From the NCBI GenBank assembly GCA_030704615.1, contig CM060731.1:80228001-80292000 (forward strand): a stretch of 64,000 nucleotides of DNA, in the 5' to 3' direction. The position numbers and the translations under genes were made by a program. The DNA comes from Takakia lepidozioides. Taxonomy: Eukaryota; Plantae; Bryophyta. The notes below the pieces were generated by a model. That model ran no database searches and was not told the DNA's origin. It worked only from the letters and a program-made list of their open reading frames with translations. Each line of letters opens with the position of its first letter. Position 1 is the first letter of the stretch. Positions 36,703 through 49,452 of the stretch are shown one piece after another.

Positions 36703-39700
36703 CCCCACCGTGCGCCCCTCCACGTTGATACATGTAAGATCAAAAACGAGCTCGGAATGCACCAAGTCTGTCAAGGAAATAGGTTCATCCCGCACTTCAG
36801 TATTAGAGCCTTAGGGAAGAAGAAGAGCACGTCGCCCACATAAAATCTGATAGATCAAGTAAGGACCGTCGATCTTGAGCTTAGATTTGCATGCATGTTT
36901 GTCATGCTGTAATCGAACGCACACGGTCTGTCCCACCTAAAACATGATAGAATACTTGACACGTTTGTTAAAATTACGGGCCTGGGTGAGTTGAGCCTTA
37001 CCAATGTTCGTCTTGGCATCATGGATAGACACCGCGAGCATGAAGATCCTCAACAAAGGTCTCAAGATCAACCGGATCAGCAACAGTAGAGATAAAAGGG
37101 GTAGAATGCAAAGGAGAAACACACTTGTGACCATACAATAACTCAAAAAGAGTTTTTTTGGTGCTAGCATGCACGGCGGTGCGATAAGCAAAGAGAATAG
37201 GGGGAAGAAAGGTATCCCACTCCCTGGTAAGTGCGCCATTCTTTTCCAACATTCGGCAAAGAGTTTGGTTGAAGCGTTCCGTAAGGCCATTGGTCTGGGG
37301 ACAGTATGGGGCGGTGGTGGAATGCTTGACACCGAAGTTGAAGCAAACCACCGTGAGGAGTTGGTTACAAAACTCCTTGCCCTGATCCATTAGTATCTCC
37401 CGAGGACACCCATGCCACATAAGGATCTCATTGAAGAAGAACTGAGCTACAGCATCATTAGCCTTGGAACGCAAAGGCCGGACTTCTATCCACTTAGTCA
37501 AGTAGTCGGTAGCAACACAAAGGTAGCTTCGACCCTTTGATGTGAGTGCGAAGGGTCCTACCAAGTCAATGCCAACACGAGCAAAAACATGGGTGACAGG
37601 CAGAGGCTGCAGCTCATACAAGATCCGGGCCCTAGGGAGAGCAATGTTAGCACGACAACCTTCGCACTTAGAGATGAACTCGGTGACGTCTCGGTGAATT
37701 CCCAGCCAAGAGTATACCTCTTGGATGCGGGCCACAGTTTTTTTGATACCAAGGTGACCTGCATACAATGAACAATAAAAACCTCCAATAAAGCATTCAG
37801 CTGGCTCCGTTGTGGCACCTCCAAGTAGCATGGCACTCCCCCTCGAGTGAGCTCCTTGAAAAGCTTATCACCCATAAAACGGTGAGTAGACACATGATAG
37901 AGAATTTGTTTACGCAAGGACTCGGAAAAGCCAACTGGTGAACGCCCTGATTGGCATCGCTGGAGTAGCACGGCATGTAGCTGATCATCCATGACTGCAC
38001 TGCACATAAGAGGTAGACAATGGGTTTTAGAGAAGGTGGTCTGGAGTGCCTGCACCTATGATCTCCAGCCAGGGATACCTTCACCTCATTTGTTACTACT
38101 CATGGACCAAATCAGGCCTTGAGGCTCAAGCCAATAGTTACACCGGAGTGCAGCAGCTGAATTACAACAAACTTGGGGGCCTAGGAAACAGAATGGATAA
38201 AACACAACAAGGAACTTCCACCAAACCATCCGAATTCTCGCTAAGCGATAGATCCACCACACATACCAACACACATATAAATCAACCAGGCTCATCAAGC
38301 AGGCTAGACCAGCCCCAAGCAGCCAATAGGCCAAGTGAATCCAGGGCCAAGAGTTGTTGATCTGCACAAAGAAGGGTAGGATCAGGAGGAGAGGCAGCAT
38401 CAACAGCAACCAGGTCATCCAAGGTGAGCATAGGCCTGCTGATAGGAGGATCAACCCGTGTGAGTGAATCAGCATTTGTGTTTTCCTTGCCTTTCTTGTA
38501 GACTATATCCATGTCAAATTCCTGCAGGTACATAGCCCATCTAGCAAGTCTGTCATGAAGTTCCCTTGGCTTAACAAGAGCCTTTAGTGGAAGATGATCA
38601 GTCTCTACTACACATAAGATTACAAAGATGGCAACATCAGATGCATCAGTCTGAAGCAAGAAAGGTAGCTCAAAGTTGGGAAACATCAGGATGGGAGCTG
38701 AACAAGCCTTGCAAAGGGTGTCAAAGGCAGCCAACTGGGAGAAAGTCCATTCAAGCCTGGCATCTTTGCACAACACCTTGGTCAGAGGGTGAGCAAGCTT
38801 GGCAAAGTTCTTTATGAAGCACATATAATAAGAAGCCAGACCAAGGAAGGATTTGATACAATGTTTATCCCTGGGGATAGGAAAGCCCCAAACAGACTCA
38901 AGCTTGGCAGGATCAGGAAGCAAACCATCTTTGGACAGAATATGACCAAGGAAGTGCAGCTCAGGCATGAACAACTCACACTTCTTGGGCTTTACTTTGA
39001 GACCTGCAGTGCGCAATTTGCTGAAAACACGCTGCAAATCAGCTAAGTGAGCATCAAAACTGGCTGAGTAAACAATGATATCATCGACATAAATTAAAGC
39101 ACACTCCCAGCGAAGATTGCCCAAGACAATGTCCATGAGGCGTTGGAATGTAGAGGTGGCATTGCCCAAAAGGCATGGTCTCATATTGGTACTTGCCCAT
39201 GCAACACACAAAGGAGGTCTTTTCCTTGGCTGCTTCAGTAAGAGGAACTTGCCAAAAGCCAGACGCAAGATCAAGAGAGGAGAAAATTGTAGCACCATGC
39301 AATTGATCCAAGGTTTCATTAATCCTGGGTAGAATGTAGGCATCTTTTTTTGTGATGTCATTCAGCTTCCTGAAGTCAACACAGAAGCGGGTTGTGCCAT
39401 CTTTCTTATCGACCAAGACAATTGGACTGGCCCAAGGAGAGACTGAAGGTTTAATCACACCAGCATCAAGCATTTTCTGGACTTCTTCTTGGATTATAGC
39501 ACGTTCCTTGACACTCTCTCGGTAAGCAAATTGTTTAATAAGAGCCCCTTCAGTGACATGTTGAAGAATAGCCACTAATCTGAGTAGAAAGAATTGCGGT
39601 TCTTGCCACCCCCGATGCTATGGGCAAACAGCAGAGCCCTCCTTATCTATTCTTACGATACCATCATCATGCAATAGTTCTAAGTCCTCCTCAAAATTAC

Positions 39701-39900
39701 CAGAGTCCAAGGAAACGTCATCAATCAAGGCATTACCTGCCTGGAGGTTGTCTGATTCCCCACTTACATCAGGCATGCCTCTGCCAGGCGGCCCGAGTGG
39801 CTCTTGCAAACCAAACATGAACCTCTATCTACCAGATCGCAACCAAGAACTTGCAGATGCGTTTGGCATGCAAAAACAATGACAATCGTGGAAGAAAAAG
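35932..39900 (-). mobile_element. Degenerate, 5'-truncated Ty3/gypsy LTR retrotransposon
   Basis: RT (SPWASPIVLVDKKDGTTRFCVDFRKLN; YVDD), RNase H (LQTDAS..ETDH, internally deleted), then integrase (GHLGIKKT..CEGC; GIDLVGP; PQTNGLTERFN; GPY motif), in gypsy order with frameshifts. No 5' LTR, chromodomain or intact gag seen. Confidence 0.93.
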
Positions 39901-40157
39901 AACCTCTAAGCCGTTGGGATGAGCAGTCGCGGCCTTGGGCTCGGCACCCGTGAGGCTTCGGGAGTCCAAACAGAGCAAGAAAGAAGCTTGAGCAGGTCGT
40001 GGGAATCGGGACTATACACTGCCAACGCTAGCCTCCTAGGTACGTTAGTTCCTATATGGGAAGAGGCTCTTATTTCCGCGAACTCTGGTTGGCATCACAC
40101 ATATATCTATGTCACTTTCAATCTTGCATTTGTTAAGGATGAGAGCTGGAAGTGATC

Positions 40158-40955
40158 TCATAGCCGTAAAATGTAGGGTACAAAGGAGTTTTGTGGGATT
40201 ATTAGGTTTTGTTTCATTATAATATTAATATTGTGGCTATGGACGACACCCTTGACACCTATAGTATTAATAGTCAATGGAGCATTGTACCATCCATGTT
40301 GACGAAGGGCCAGAAGTAGGGGATCATATTTTTCGTGTTTGTTAAGGATTGATTGGGCTAGGTAGTGACCATGGCAGAATGAAAATTTAACTATATGGAT
40401 AGTGAAGAAGGGATATGGACTTGTTGATGTTGTTGAGAAAAATATGGAGTTGGACAATCAATATATTAAGATAGGCAGTGGCATGATGGGTGGACGAAGA
40501 AAGTGCAAGGCAGGAACCCGGGAGTGATTGTGTGGTTTGATGGCCTACTTTGGGATGCCCTAGCGTTTATGAGGTTGAACCATTTGGAGATCTGATGTGA
40601 TAGGAGGAGTTTTTGGAGTGTCAAACTCCTTGATTATGTCGAATTATTTGAAGACCATGGAGTGTGGGGGTGTTTTTAATGTATGAGAAGATGAGGCCAT
40701 GTGTGTATTTGAGGGGGTTGAGTCCATCACATCATGCAATATTTGTCTATAGTGATGGTAAAATATGTTGCGCCTTTAGTTGTCCATATATTGTCCATTT
40801 CGGAAGTGGAGTGTTTGTTTGGATGTCCAAAAATGGTTGGATAGACTATATGTAGGAGATGTGGGGAGACAACCCATTTGGATATGTACGAATTTGTGTA
40901 AGTGCAAGAGGTGAGGTTGGGCAGCGCACGAGCATGAAGGGCATACTCCAAATAT
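40158..40955 (-). mobile_element. 3' remnant of a restriction-like-endonuclease (RLE) non-LTR retrotransposon, Dualen/RandI-like
   Basis: Across frames: LSNHFWTSKQTLHFRNGQYM..HTWPHLL..LHGLQIIRHNQGV, then IHIVKFSFC..NKHEKYDPLLLALRQHGW..TIGVKGVVH. These correspond to the decayed zinc knuckle/RHN and the RLE KxxKY..IGVxG motifs. Confidence 0.65.
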
Positions 40956-43900
40956 TCCCTAAAACGAAATCACGAAACTCACGAAATTAATTATATATTA
41001 TTTAAAAACATATTAGAAGCTCTACTCACACGCCCAGCCCACATGGTAATAGATACCCACAACAAAAGTGCCCAGTACTTTAAGGTCAACACGTAAACAA
41101 TCAGATTTGTTAGAACATATTCGAAAGGTGAAGTGGCTCTTAGTTCTGCCGGCCCAGCCAGAGTCTTTTCTCTCTCTATGTGTCAGAACATATTTGTGAT
41201 CACTGTAGAAACTGCATGTTACGCAAAAACTGAGACACCCAATCCTACGCTTCATCGCCATTGCTTCATTGTGTCATTGTATTTTGTGTCTGTCGCAGGA
41301 TCTTTCTGATGATTCGTCAAGCAATCATCAGTGTGGTTGAGTGGTCTGCACTCTACTTGCACGTAAGCTGATTGCAGAGAGAGATCAATAAATTATTATT
41401 TTTTCTTCACTTTTCTTTCTCATTGGATTTTCATATTATTGATTTTTCTTCCTATTGTTCAGCCCCATGCCATTGCTCAACATTTTTCGTTGGTGTTTAG
41501 GTGGTGTTTGATATGAGTCTTCTAGGTTTTGCATATAGTGTACTGGTAGCAGGTCTAGTTTGAATTGTAAATGTAGATGACCTAGTCCCTCAAATAGATG
41601 CTTGCTGAAACCTCAGTTGGTATGTGTGAATCCTTACCTCTACTAGAAGCAAGCTTAATTAATGTTGGCAGTTAAATGTGTGATGAGCTTGCCTCTTGGT
41701 GGATGTCGTGTGTTTCCGTGGACTGTCCATTTGTTATGAATCACTTGGTCACTAGTCATATTGGTGGCTAAGATTGGGTCTGGAAAAGGATTCGGGGGAT
41801 GTTGCTTGCTTATCTAGGGTTGTCCAAGATAGACACATCTATGGCATTGGACTTAGAGTTAGCATAGCAGTTGTATGCTGAACGGGGTGCAATACAGGGA
41901 CTACCAAAGCAAGCCTTTGGTCTTGAGGAGCATCATGGGTTTAATTAGATGCAGGAGACGACTGATCCAACAGTAGGATATAGTCTCTTCATCGCAAATC
42001 ATCTTGTACTTGCGCCATGAAGACTGAAGGTGGCTATTATGTGGGATGTACCCTGACCAAGACAAGGAAATAATGATGCAATTGTAATCAAGTAATTGCA
42101 TATGGGTCGATAGTTCCAAAAAACCACTTCGGGGATTCACAATTGAAGTAATATCCTAAGGTTTGTGAACTATGAGCGTTCGGCTGTACATGAAGGTTGG
42201 TGAGATGATGAAAGCAAGTTTCATCTTAACATGCACTCAAATGGGTTCCCTTTTCAACACCAATCTACAGATTTCATCCCTGTTGAAAACAAAGTGACAA
42301 CTATTCTTCTGCATTTTTAACTCATTTCAACCACATGACCATTTTCTCTTTCCACCATTTCCACTGGCAGCGTACTCTACAAATACTAATTGGGCCATCC
42401 CTCTGCCGCGCAAGGTATTAGTGTCCCAGTACTTAGAACTATTCAAAATATAGCCTAAGCAACGTAGCACAGATGAATTCCAAGGTTGCTTGCAATTTGA
42501 TGCAATATACACGCATATTACCTTTGAAATTGAGAATACCCACGTTGATGAATGATGAAGAAAGCTAAAACCTCCTGCTTGAGGCTTGTCATACACATGT
42601 TCAAATCTCATCGCATGTGTCAGAGTGAAGTTCCTAATGAGAGGTTCTATAAATCAATTCATGAGATACTCAGTTTCCAAGTGCTAGTGCTGTTCATATG
42701 GTGTGATTATTTGAGACTTCAACACATAGACAACTAATCTAAGATCTCTAGACTTACGATGTCTCCAATTCACTTCGGTGTCCTCATTTTTGTAGGCAGA
42801 CTGCCAAATTTTAGAGAACTCGCCGTGCCAAACCACTGCTGAGTCGGAAATTTTGACGTAAAGAATGTTGTCCTTACACCAACTGATATCGAAATTTGAA
42901 AGCAACTTTTGTTTTCTCTTCTCCGAACACCTGCAAAAAGTTTTGACAAACATATATTATGTCTTCTTCCCCTCAGTCAGGTCATTGTAAGACTGAGGTG
43001 GGGTCCCCATGGCCGAATTGACAATGTAATTTCCAAATCTGCCAAACGGAGTGAGCCTTGAGACATGCCCAAACATGAGTCATTGCTTTAGCATTGCCAT
43101 TCTTCTTTACCCCTTTTGTACATCACCACGGACTCAAACCCCTGCAACCTCAAATAGTGCCCAACGAGCTTAATGGCCCAGTCTACACTTCCTCAACACT
43201 CTGCTCATGTGTATTTTAAATAGAAGGCTTAGAACTTTTTATATTGAAACCTTGTTTCCTTGTATATATAACCAAGGGTGATTTTCATTAGACAGTGCAC
43301 TTGGGGTTTTGTTGGTGAATCCCAATTATGTAGTCGTGAAGGTGAATATAATTCGTGAATTTCTTTGCAGAGATGTCGCATTTGGAACAGTCCACATGTT
43401 TGTTCAACAACTCAATATTTCATCTAAATTTATATAGTGTAGGGTTTCTAACTACAATAGGTATGTGTACCAACTGTTAGATTGCAAAAACAATAATGTA
43501 CCAGATAACTATAGATTTTTAAAGTTGATTACTATGGATTGCAGATGTTACATATAAAATCTTACGGACTAAAAAAACATCATCTACACTCATATAATGG
43601 CACAAAGGAAAACATACTAGAGGTGCCATTTTTAAAACCAATCCAAATCCACTTTTATATGGACTAGTTATCTTAGGTATTGAGAGCTATGGACTATTTT
43701 ATACCTAAAAAATAAATTGTCCATAACATGCTATATTTTGGATATTGGGATGTCACCTTTTACTAAAAAGACATACAAACCTATAATCTAGAGGTGTCGG
43801 GTGGTATATGGACAAGTGGTTGTAAACTCTAAGTTTTGACATTTTCAAATTAAAGAGTAATATATCTAGTTTACAATGTCTTCAATATTTTGAGAGGGGA

Positions 43901-46174
43901 CTCTTTACTAAAAACGTTAGGTATACTACTTTCTTTCTTTTTTAATAAAACAAAAACATATAATGATTTTTTTTTTTTTCTCCCCATGGACTTTCATGGA
44001 CTCAACATCTGTTGTTTTTAGACACCAAATCCTGCAAACACCCAGATAAGGGACAGTGGGATGAATCAATTTTATTTTCAATCTGATACAAACTAGAGAC
44101 CAGACCTTCAATCCTGCCAGTTTCACTTTCTGTATTGTGGATTATATTGTGGATTTGTCAAAACACTCCTCAAGTTGCAGTTTTGGTTATGAAGTAGGGT
44201 ATCTTCATCATGGGGGGTCTCTCTTCAAGGTCCTCCTTGTTGGATAGAAATTGGCTATGGTGTTCATCATTTTTCTCATGGTTCCATGTGGTGTTAGGAT
44301 CAGTCTAATGATTGAATGGAGTTTTGATTCACGGTCACAATTTATTTTGATATCTCAATCTTTCTACAAATGGGCTGAGTGACACAATAATTTTCTCATC
44401 CCGCACCTACTATTGATGTGTTTGCTTTATGGTCCCTTGGGTTTTTTTTTTTTTTGTGAAAATAAAGAAAGGAGACAGCGGCCCTTGAACTCATAAAGAA
44501 AAAACGCAGATACAAGGAGGAAAAAAATAACCTCCGATGAGTGCCATAAGATGCGCCGATGAGTGCCTTTTTCCCCCTTATCGATAACATTTTGAGGGCT
44601 ATTTCCCCACTTTAAAAATTATTTTTATATTTTTTATATTTTTAAATATCCGAAATTAAAATATCAAACTATAATTGTCAGCCATAATTGAATGTTTTAT
44701 CAAGTTGTTGTACCGTGGAATTCGACATAAAATTTAGATATAAATAATTTTGTTACTTAATTTTTTTGTCTCAATTTTGTCACTTGTTTACATAAATTGG
44801 TTCTTTTATTTTTTGTAATGTAGATTATTATTTTTTCAAAAAAAACGAATATGTCATTATGAAAAAATTTAATTTGTGTTGAGGAACCTTTATGTTGGAC
44901 CCGCAATCTTCAAGTTGGATACTTGAGAAATTGATAACCGAAAAAATAAAAAATTAGATTTCTCTATTGATTATCTCTAACCGACCAAATTTTCACCTAT
45001 TTGCATTATGCATAACTACCTTGGTTTCAATTTAGAAAATATGTCTTTTTCGGGTTTTTTAGAAAAGCAAAAACTTGAGACCTTAGTACCTTATATCATT
45101 CCATTTACTGCAAATGGCTTTTTTATTTTATGCAAATATTTTAGATACAGCCATGCCACACTTGGGGATCTTTCAGGTGGTGAAATCGTGTTTCAGCACA
45201 GGTCTTGGCTTTCATTCAATGTTGAAATGGTTCACAAACTTCCAATTGGAAGCTATGCAACGCCACCATTCAATACAGGCTAACCGCCTCTCTATCCATT
45301 ACAAACCTGCAACCTGTTCGCATTCGCACTCTATCCGCTTTGGATAGACTCATGCACGGATCCCTGCATTCTAAGCTGAACCACTTCTCATGAAAACATA
45401 AGTGCTACAAAACAACTCGAACCTGGCACTCACAGACTCGAGCTCATCTTTCTCGAGTGATAAAGAAATGAAGATACAAGCACACAAGCTCTCTCAAACT
45501 CACACACTTGCACATGAAAACATCACTCATATTAAGTCGAGCCAAATGCACCCCACGCAATCCACACTACAGCGCCATAGCTAGACGCGGTGAGGCTCAA
45601 CTCGAGAAAGATGAGCCCACCGCGATCTGCCGTGAAGATAACAACGCCAGGTGCCCAAACATATATTGACCCCTGGATTGACACTTGGGTCAATCCCAAA
45701 TGTCAATATATAAAAGCTAGCTATTTTCTAGCTAACTTCACACTAGTGGTAAAATAACTTGACAAATACAAAAGAGTCACAACCTTGCAGAACATCCATG
45801 TGAATTGGGTCATCTTTATTGTCTAACTGAAACACCAAAGTTTTGTACAAAATGATGAACTTCTAAAAAAGAGGTCCACTCTTCTTGGAAGAAGCATATA
45901 TTATAGTGTCACTTCACCCTAAAGGACTATTGTTTCCCATTGGACGATGGACATTTTGAACCCTAATTCACCTAGAATATACATAGATAAGGTACAAACA
46001 TCCAATCCGTTGGCTACTTGCTCTAGTATGGAACTTTCTAGTTATTGTGGATAAGAAGATAGAGAGACCACCATGTTATTTAGGGTTGTGCCCACAATGA
46101 AATAACATTCTCTAGTGTTATTGTGGGATCTACTATAGTATGAAACAGCTTGCTTCTAGGACTTACAAATAATG

Positions 46175-49100
46175 TTATGTATATTGGACTTTATATGTGG
46201 GGTTGCCGGTTGTTTCTCTCGAAATATTGTCCATGTACTCAGTATCTTGTTGACTTATAATCGTGCTTATTTTTGCTACATCTGCAACAGCTAGTAAATA
46301 TTGTATTTGTTGGGTGTCCCCATTCTAGGCTATAGACCATCTTGCTCTAGTAGTACTCTACCTTAAGTCCGCTCGAGAGGTACAATAAATCTTAAGGTGT
46401 ACAGTTTTTTTCAAGAAAATTATTTTGACTGAATACACTAGCTATGTCTATGACAAATTATTGAATAGAGAAGACAAGCCCTAGCAACACTTTCTTTCGT
46501 TTTTTTCTCTTTCTTTATCTTCTTCAACTTTCTTTTTCGCACCAGCTACAAACTTCGGGGAGGCTCTTTGGTTTAGTTTCAGCTGTATCAATGGAATCAA
46601 ACTATAAAATATAAGGAGAAATATTTAATGGTCAACAAATTTTGGATAATCTATTCTAATAAATTGAACAACAAACTCTAGTTGAACAAATACTATAAGA
46701 AAGAATTTGATCACCTGGAGGGCTGGAGGACTTGGGAATCGGCACAAGGCGCTGTGGAGGCTGTGGATTTTGTCGTGAGTACAAAGATTCTAAGAACTCC
46801 AAGTCTTTGTCCAATTGATTACAGAAATCCATCGATTTTTGGAAGGGTCCCTCCAGCTCTTTTTCATATGAATTCAGCATAGTGTAGTATTTGTTCTAAA
46901 AAGAGAAATATTATACTTGTATTAAGTTGAATAGAGAAAAAATCTAAATATTGATAAATGAGGACGTCATACATAGTAATATGTATCATATAGAGTTTAT
47001 ATATCAAACAAACTAAGAATTTTCAATACAATAAACTTTTGCATAGGAGCATATTAATGTCAAATACATACCAACAAGTTTACTATTTACTATAGAATCA
47101 CTCTATAATATTGGAGAATACAACTTCAAGTTTCCACCATAAGCTAGGATAAAACGTAAAGAATAATGTACATGCACATGCATTATTACATTACATAGTT
47201 TAACCTCTTCGAATTGGGATAATTGTCGTATAGATTGCGTTATTGATAACATAACCCCAAACAAATTATTATCACCATTACAACTAGAAAGTATTTTCCT
47301 ATTAACCGACCTTTCTCTATGAACTAATTGCGTGCTTGCATTATTATCTTGAAAAAAAACCTAGACAAATAAACCAACATTTTGACCAAACTCGTCATTA
47401 CCTAAAACACAAAGTTGTGAGCATGAAAATACATAGCTTGTACCATGGTTTCATTAGAAGGGGAGTGAATATCATAAAGTTGCCATTGTTGCATTTGAGT
47501 TTGGAGCTCTTTTAGCCTTTTCATCATTTGTGGGGTTGCTCCCACCTTCAGATATGTCCAACATTACCCTTTATTAACATTATGATATGCACTTACAATG
47601 TACATTGAAATCGTTGACTCTACGTTATATATTTTTAAGAAATTCATTAACCAAAATTTAGGAAATATAGTCATTCCAAATGGAGCACTACTAAACTGCA
47701 AAAATAATGTAACATTCAAAATTTTAAATGACACACTCACCCTACGATTCTTGATGTAGGCATCTACAAGACGAGGGTAAAAACTATGCGAAATGATTGT
47801 AGCTTTCATGCCATCCAGTTGAGTGCCATTCAAAGGGCAATGTGCCTTCCGTAAGAGTGTCTTGTGCGCAAATCTCAATTTGTCATAGACATAACCAGAA
47901 GATACACGTGAATATGGTCGACTGTTGTGGAGGGTAAGATGTTCCAATTGGGTAGATACCTTTTGGTTTGGATTGATGGGTCGACATTGTACAATGTTAT
48001 AAAGCCCACAAGTATGAGGAGAGGGAGCCAAAGGCCAAGATGTGTGCAAATCTTGAGAACAAAGTTCATGTGGTTCACAAGGCTTTTGAGGAAAATGTGT
48101 ATTGTGCACAATCTGTTTGGTATTATAAGCACAATTGCATGGACTACAATGAGGATGTGTGCATGATTCACTGGAGCAAAATTGATTCGGAGAGGAAGAG
48201 CCAAAAAAATCTTCGAGTCTTGACAGATCGATGGATGACAATGGTTCGCAATGAGTCTTCATTGACGTGATTAATTCACAATTGGGAAAATTTGATACTT
48301 CATCGGTCCGCCAGTTATTTTCTCTATGTCTTATGCTTCCTGGTTCAAACATGAGAACAAAGTCTACGATAATAATGAGCAAGTAACACACATTGAATAA
48401 CAATTTCTCTCCACAAAAAAAATCAGGCATCATATTTTTTCAATGCAATGTCATTTAAATACTCAATAAGTAATAAATGACAACAATAAAATGATCGATT
48501 GTAATACTCTAAATCCACTAGAGTGCTTTTAAGTCTCTATATGAACTGAAAAATATCTTTGTTATTGCCCTTTATGGGGTCAAATGTTTGATATATGAAC
48601 TTGGGATGCATAGTTTAATGGAGATCACCAATTGCATTCATGTTAAAATCAACGATCATAATAATATCTATAGAAGTCAATAAATGTACATTTGTTTTAT
48701 GTCCACCATATATTCAAACGTAATTGTTCTGAAGTTAAAGCCCACATTAATTGAAAATATGAGACCACATTTCAAATACCTAACTTTGCTTCCATTGGTT
48801 GACTGCTCAATGTTCAATTCTTTAAAAACAAATTGGGATGTGACAATTTTCCCGTGATACGTAAATTATCACAGATGGTAATAGACCTCGAGTACATTTG
48901 GTTTGTCCACAATTCTCCAAAATTTAGGATTGGAACTTATAACCAAATAATATCCATAATTGCTTAGAGCATGAGATAATTACCTCATTTTTATTGTGAT
49001 CTAAATTTATTTTTGTATATATGCATACATGTGTACATTATTAGAAATACAATTTGTATCTAGGTCTTGAAGCACTTACGAGGTTTAATGCCCATTAGAG

Positions 49101-49452
49101 CTATGGACGAAACCAAACACTCCTCACGTTTGCTTGCGCAACACCTTGCACAATGCCATATTTCAGGGATTCTTTTAAACTTCACATTTTTCTTGCACCA
49201 TGTGCCACAAGCACACATGTCTAAAATTGGAGGCTCGTTGGAGCAATCCAGCATTGTATAATTGTTGGCCACATCAATTGATTGATGATCACACTTCAAA
49301 GAATTAGAGACAAATGACGTATCCAATGTCATTTCTTTTTTTGTATATTTTGGACTATGATGTAATGGTGAGAAATGTCCATCGTGACGTAGATAGTCGA
49401 GTCCAATATGTTCTCTTTCTCTTTTCCGTTTTCTATGTCTAGGATCATCCAT
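46175..49452 (-). CDS. Class I KNOX-like MEINOX (KNOX1+KNOX2) protein apparently lacking ELK and homeodomain
   Basis: Phase-consistent exons 49452-49080, 48339-47741, 47545-47444, 47360-47205, 46895-46715; the terminal exon is uncertain (e.g. 46281-46175). KNOX1: MKATIISHSFYPRLVDAYIKNRR|VGATPQMMKRL. KNOX2: NKYYTMLNSYEKELEGPFQKSMDFCNQL. Confidence 0.75.

Noticed and set aside
41250-43420. Exon-like segments on both strands, including a possible displaced ELK/homeodomain
   Set aside because: No consistent reading frame or recognisable motif could be assembled.
45741-45755. CACTAGTGG as a second CACTA terminus enclosing the KNOX-like gene
   Set aside because: No matching inverted terminus, TSD or subterminal repeats, and the 50972 terminus faces away from it.
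46470-46545. RKRKLKKIKKRKKRKK as the basic start of a KNOX homeodomain
   Set aside because: Out of phase with the upstream donor, not followed by GKLP or WWxxH, and ends in a stop.
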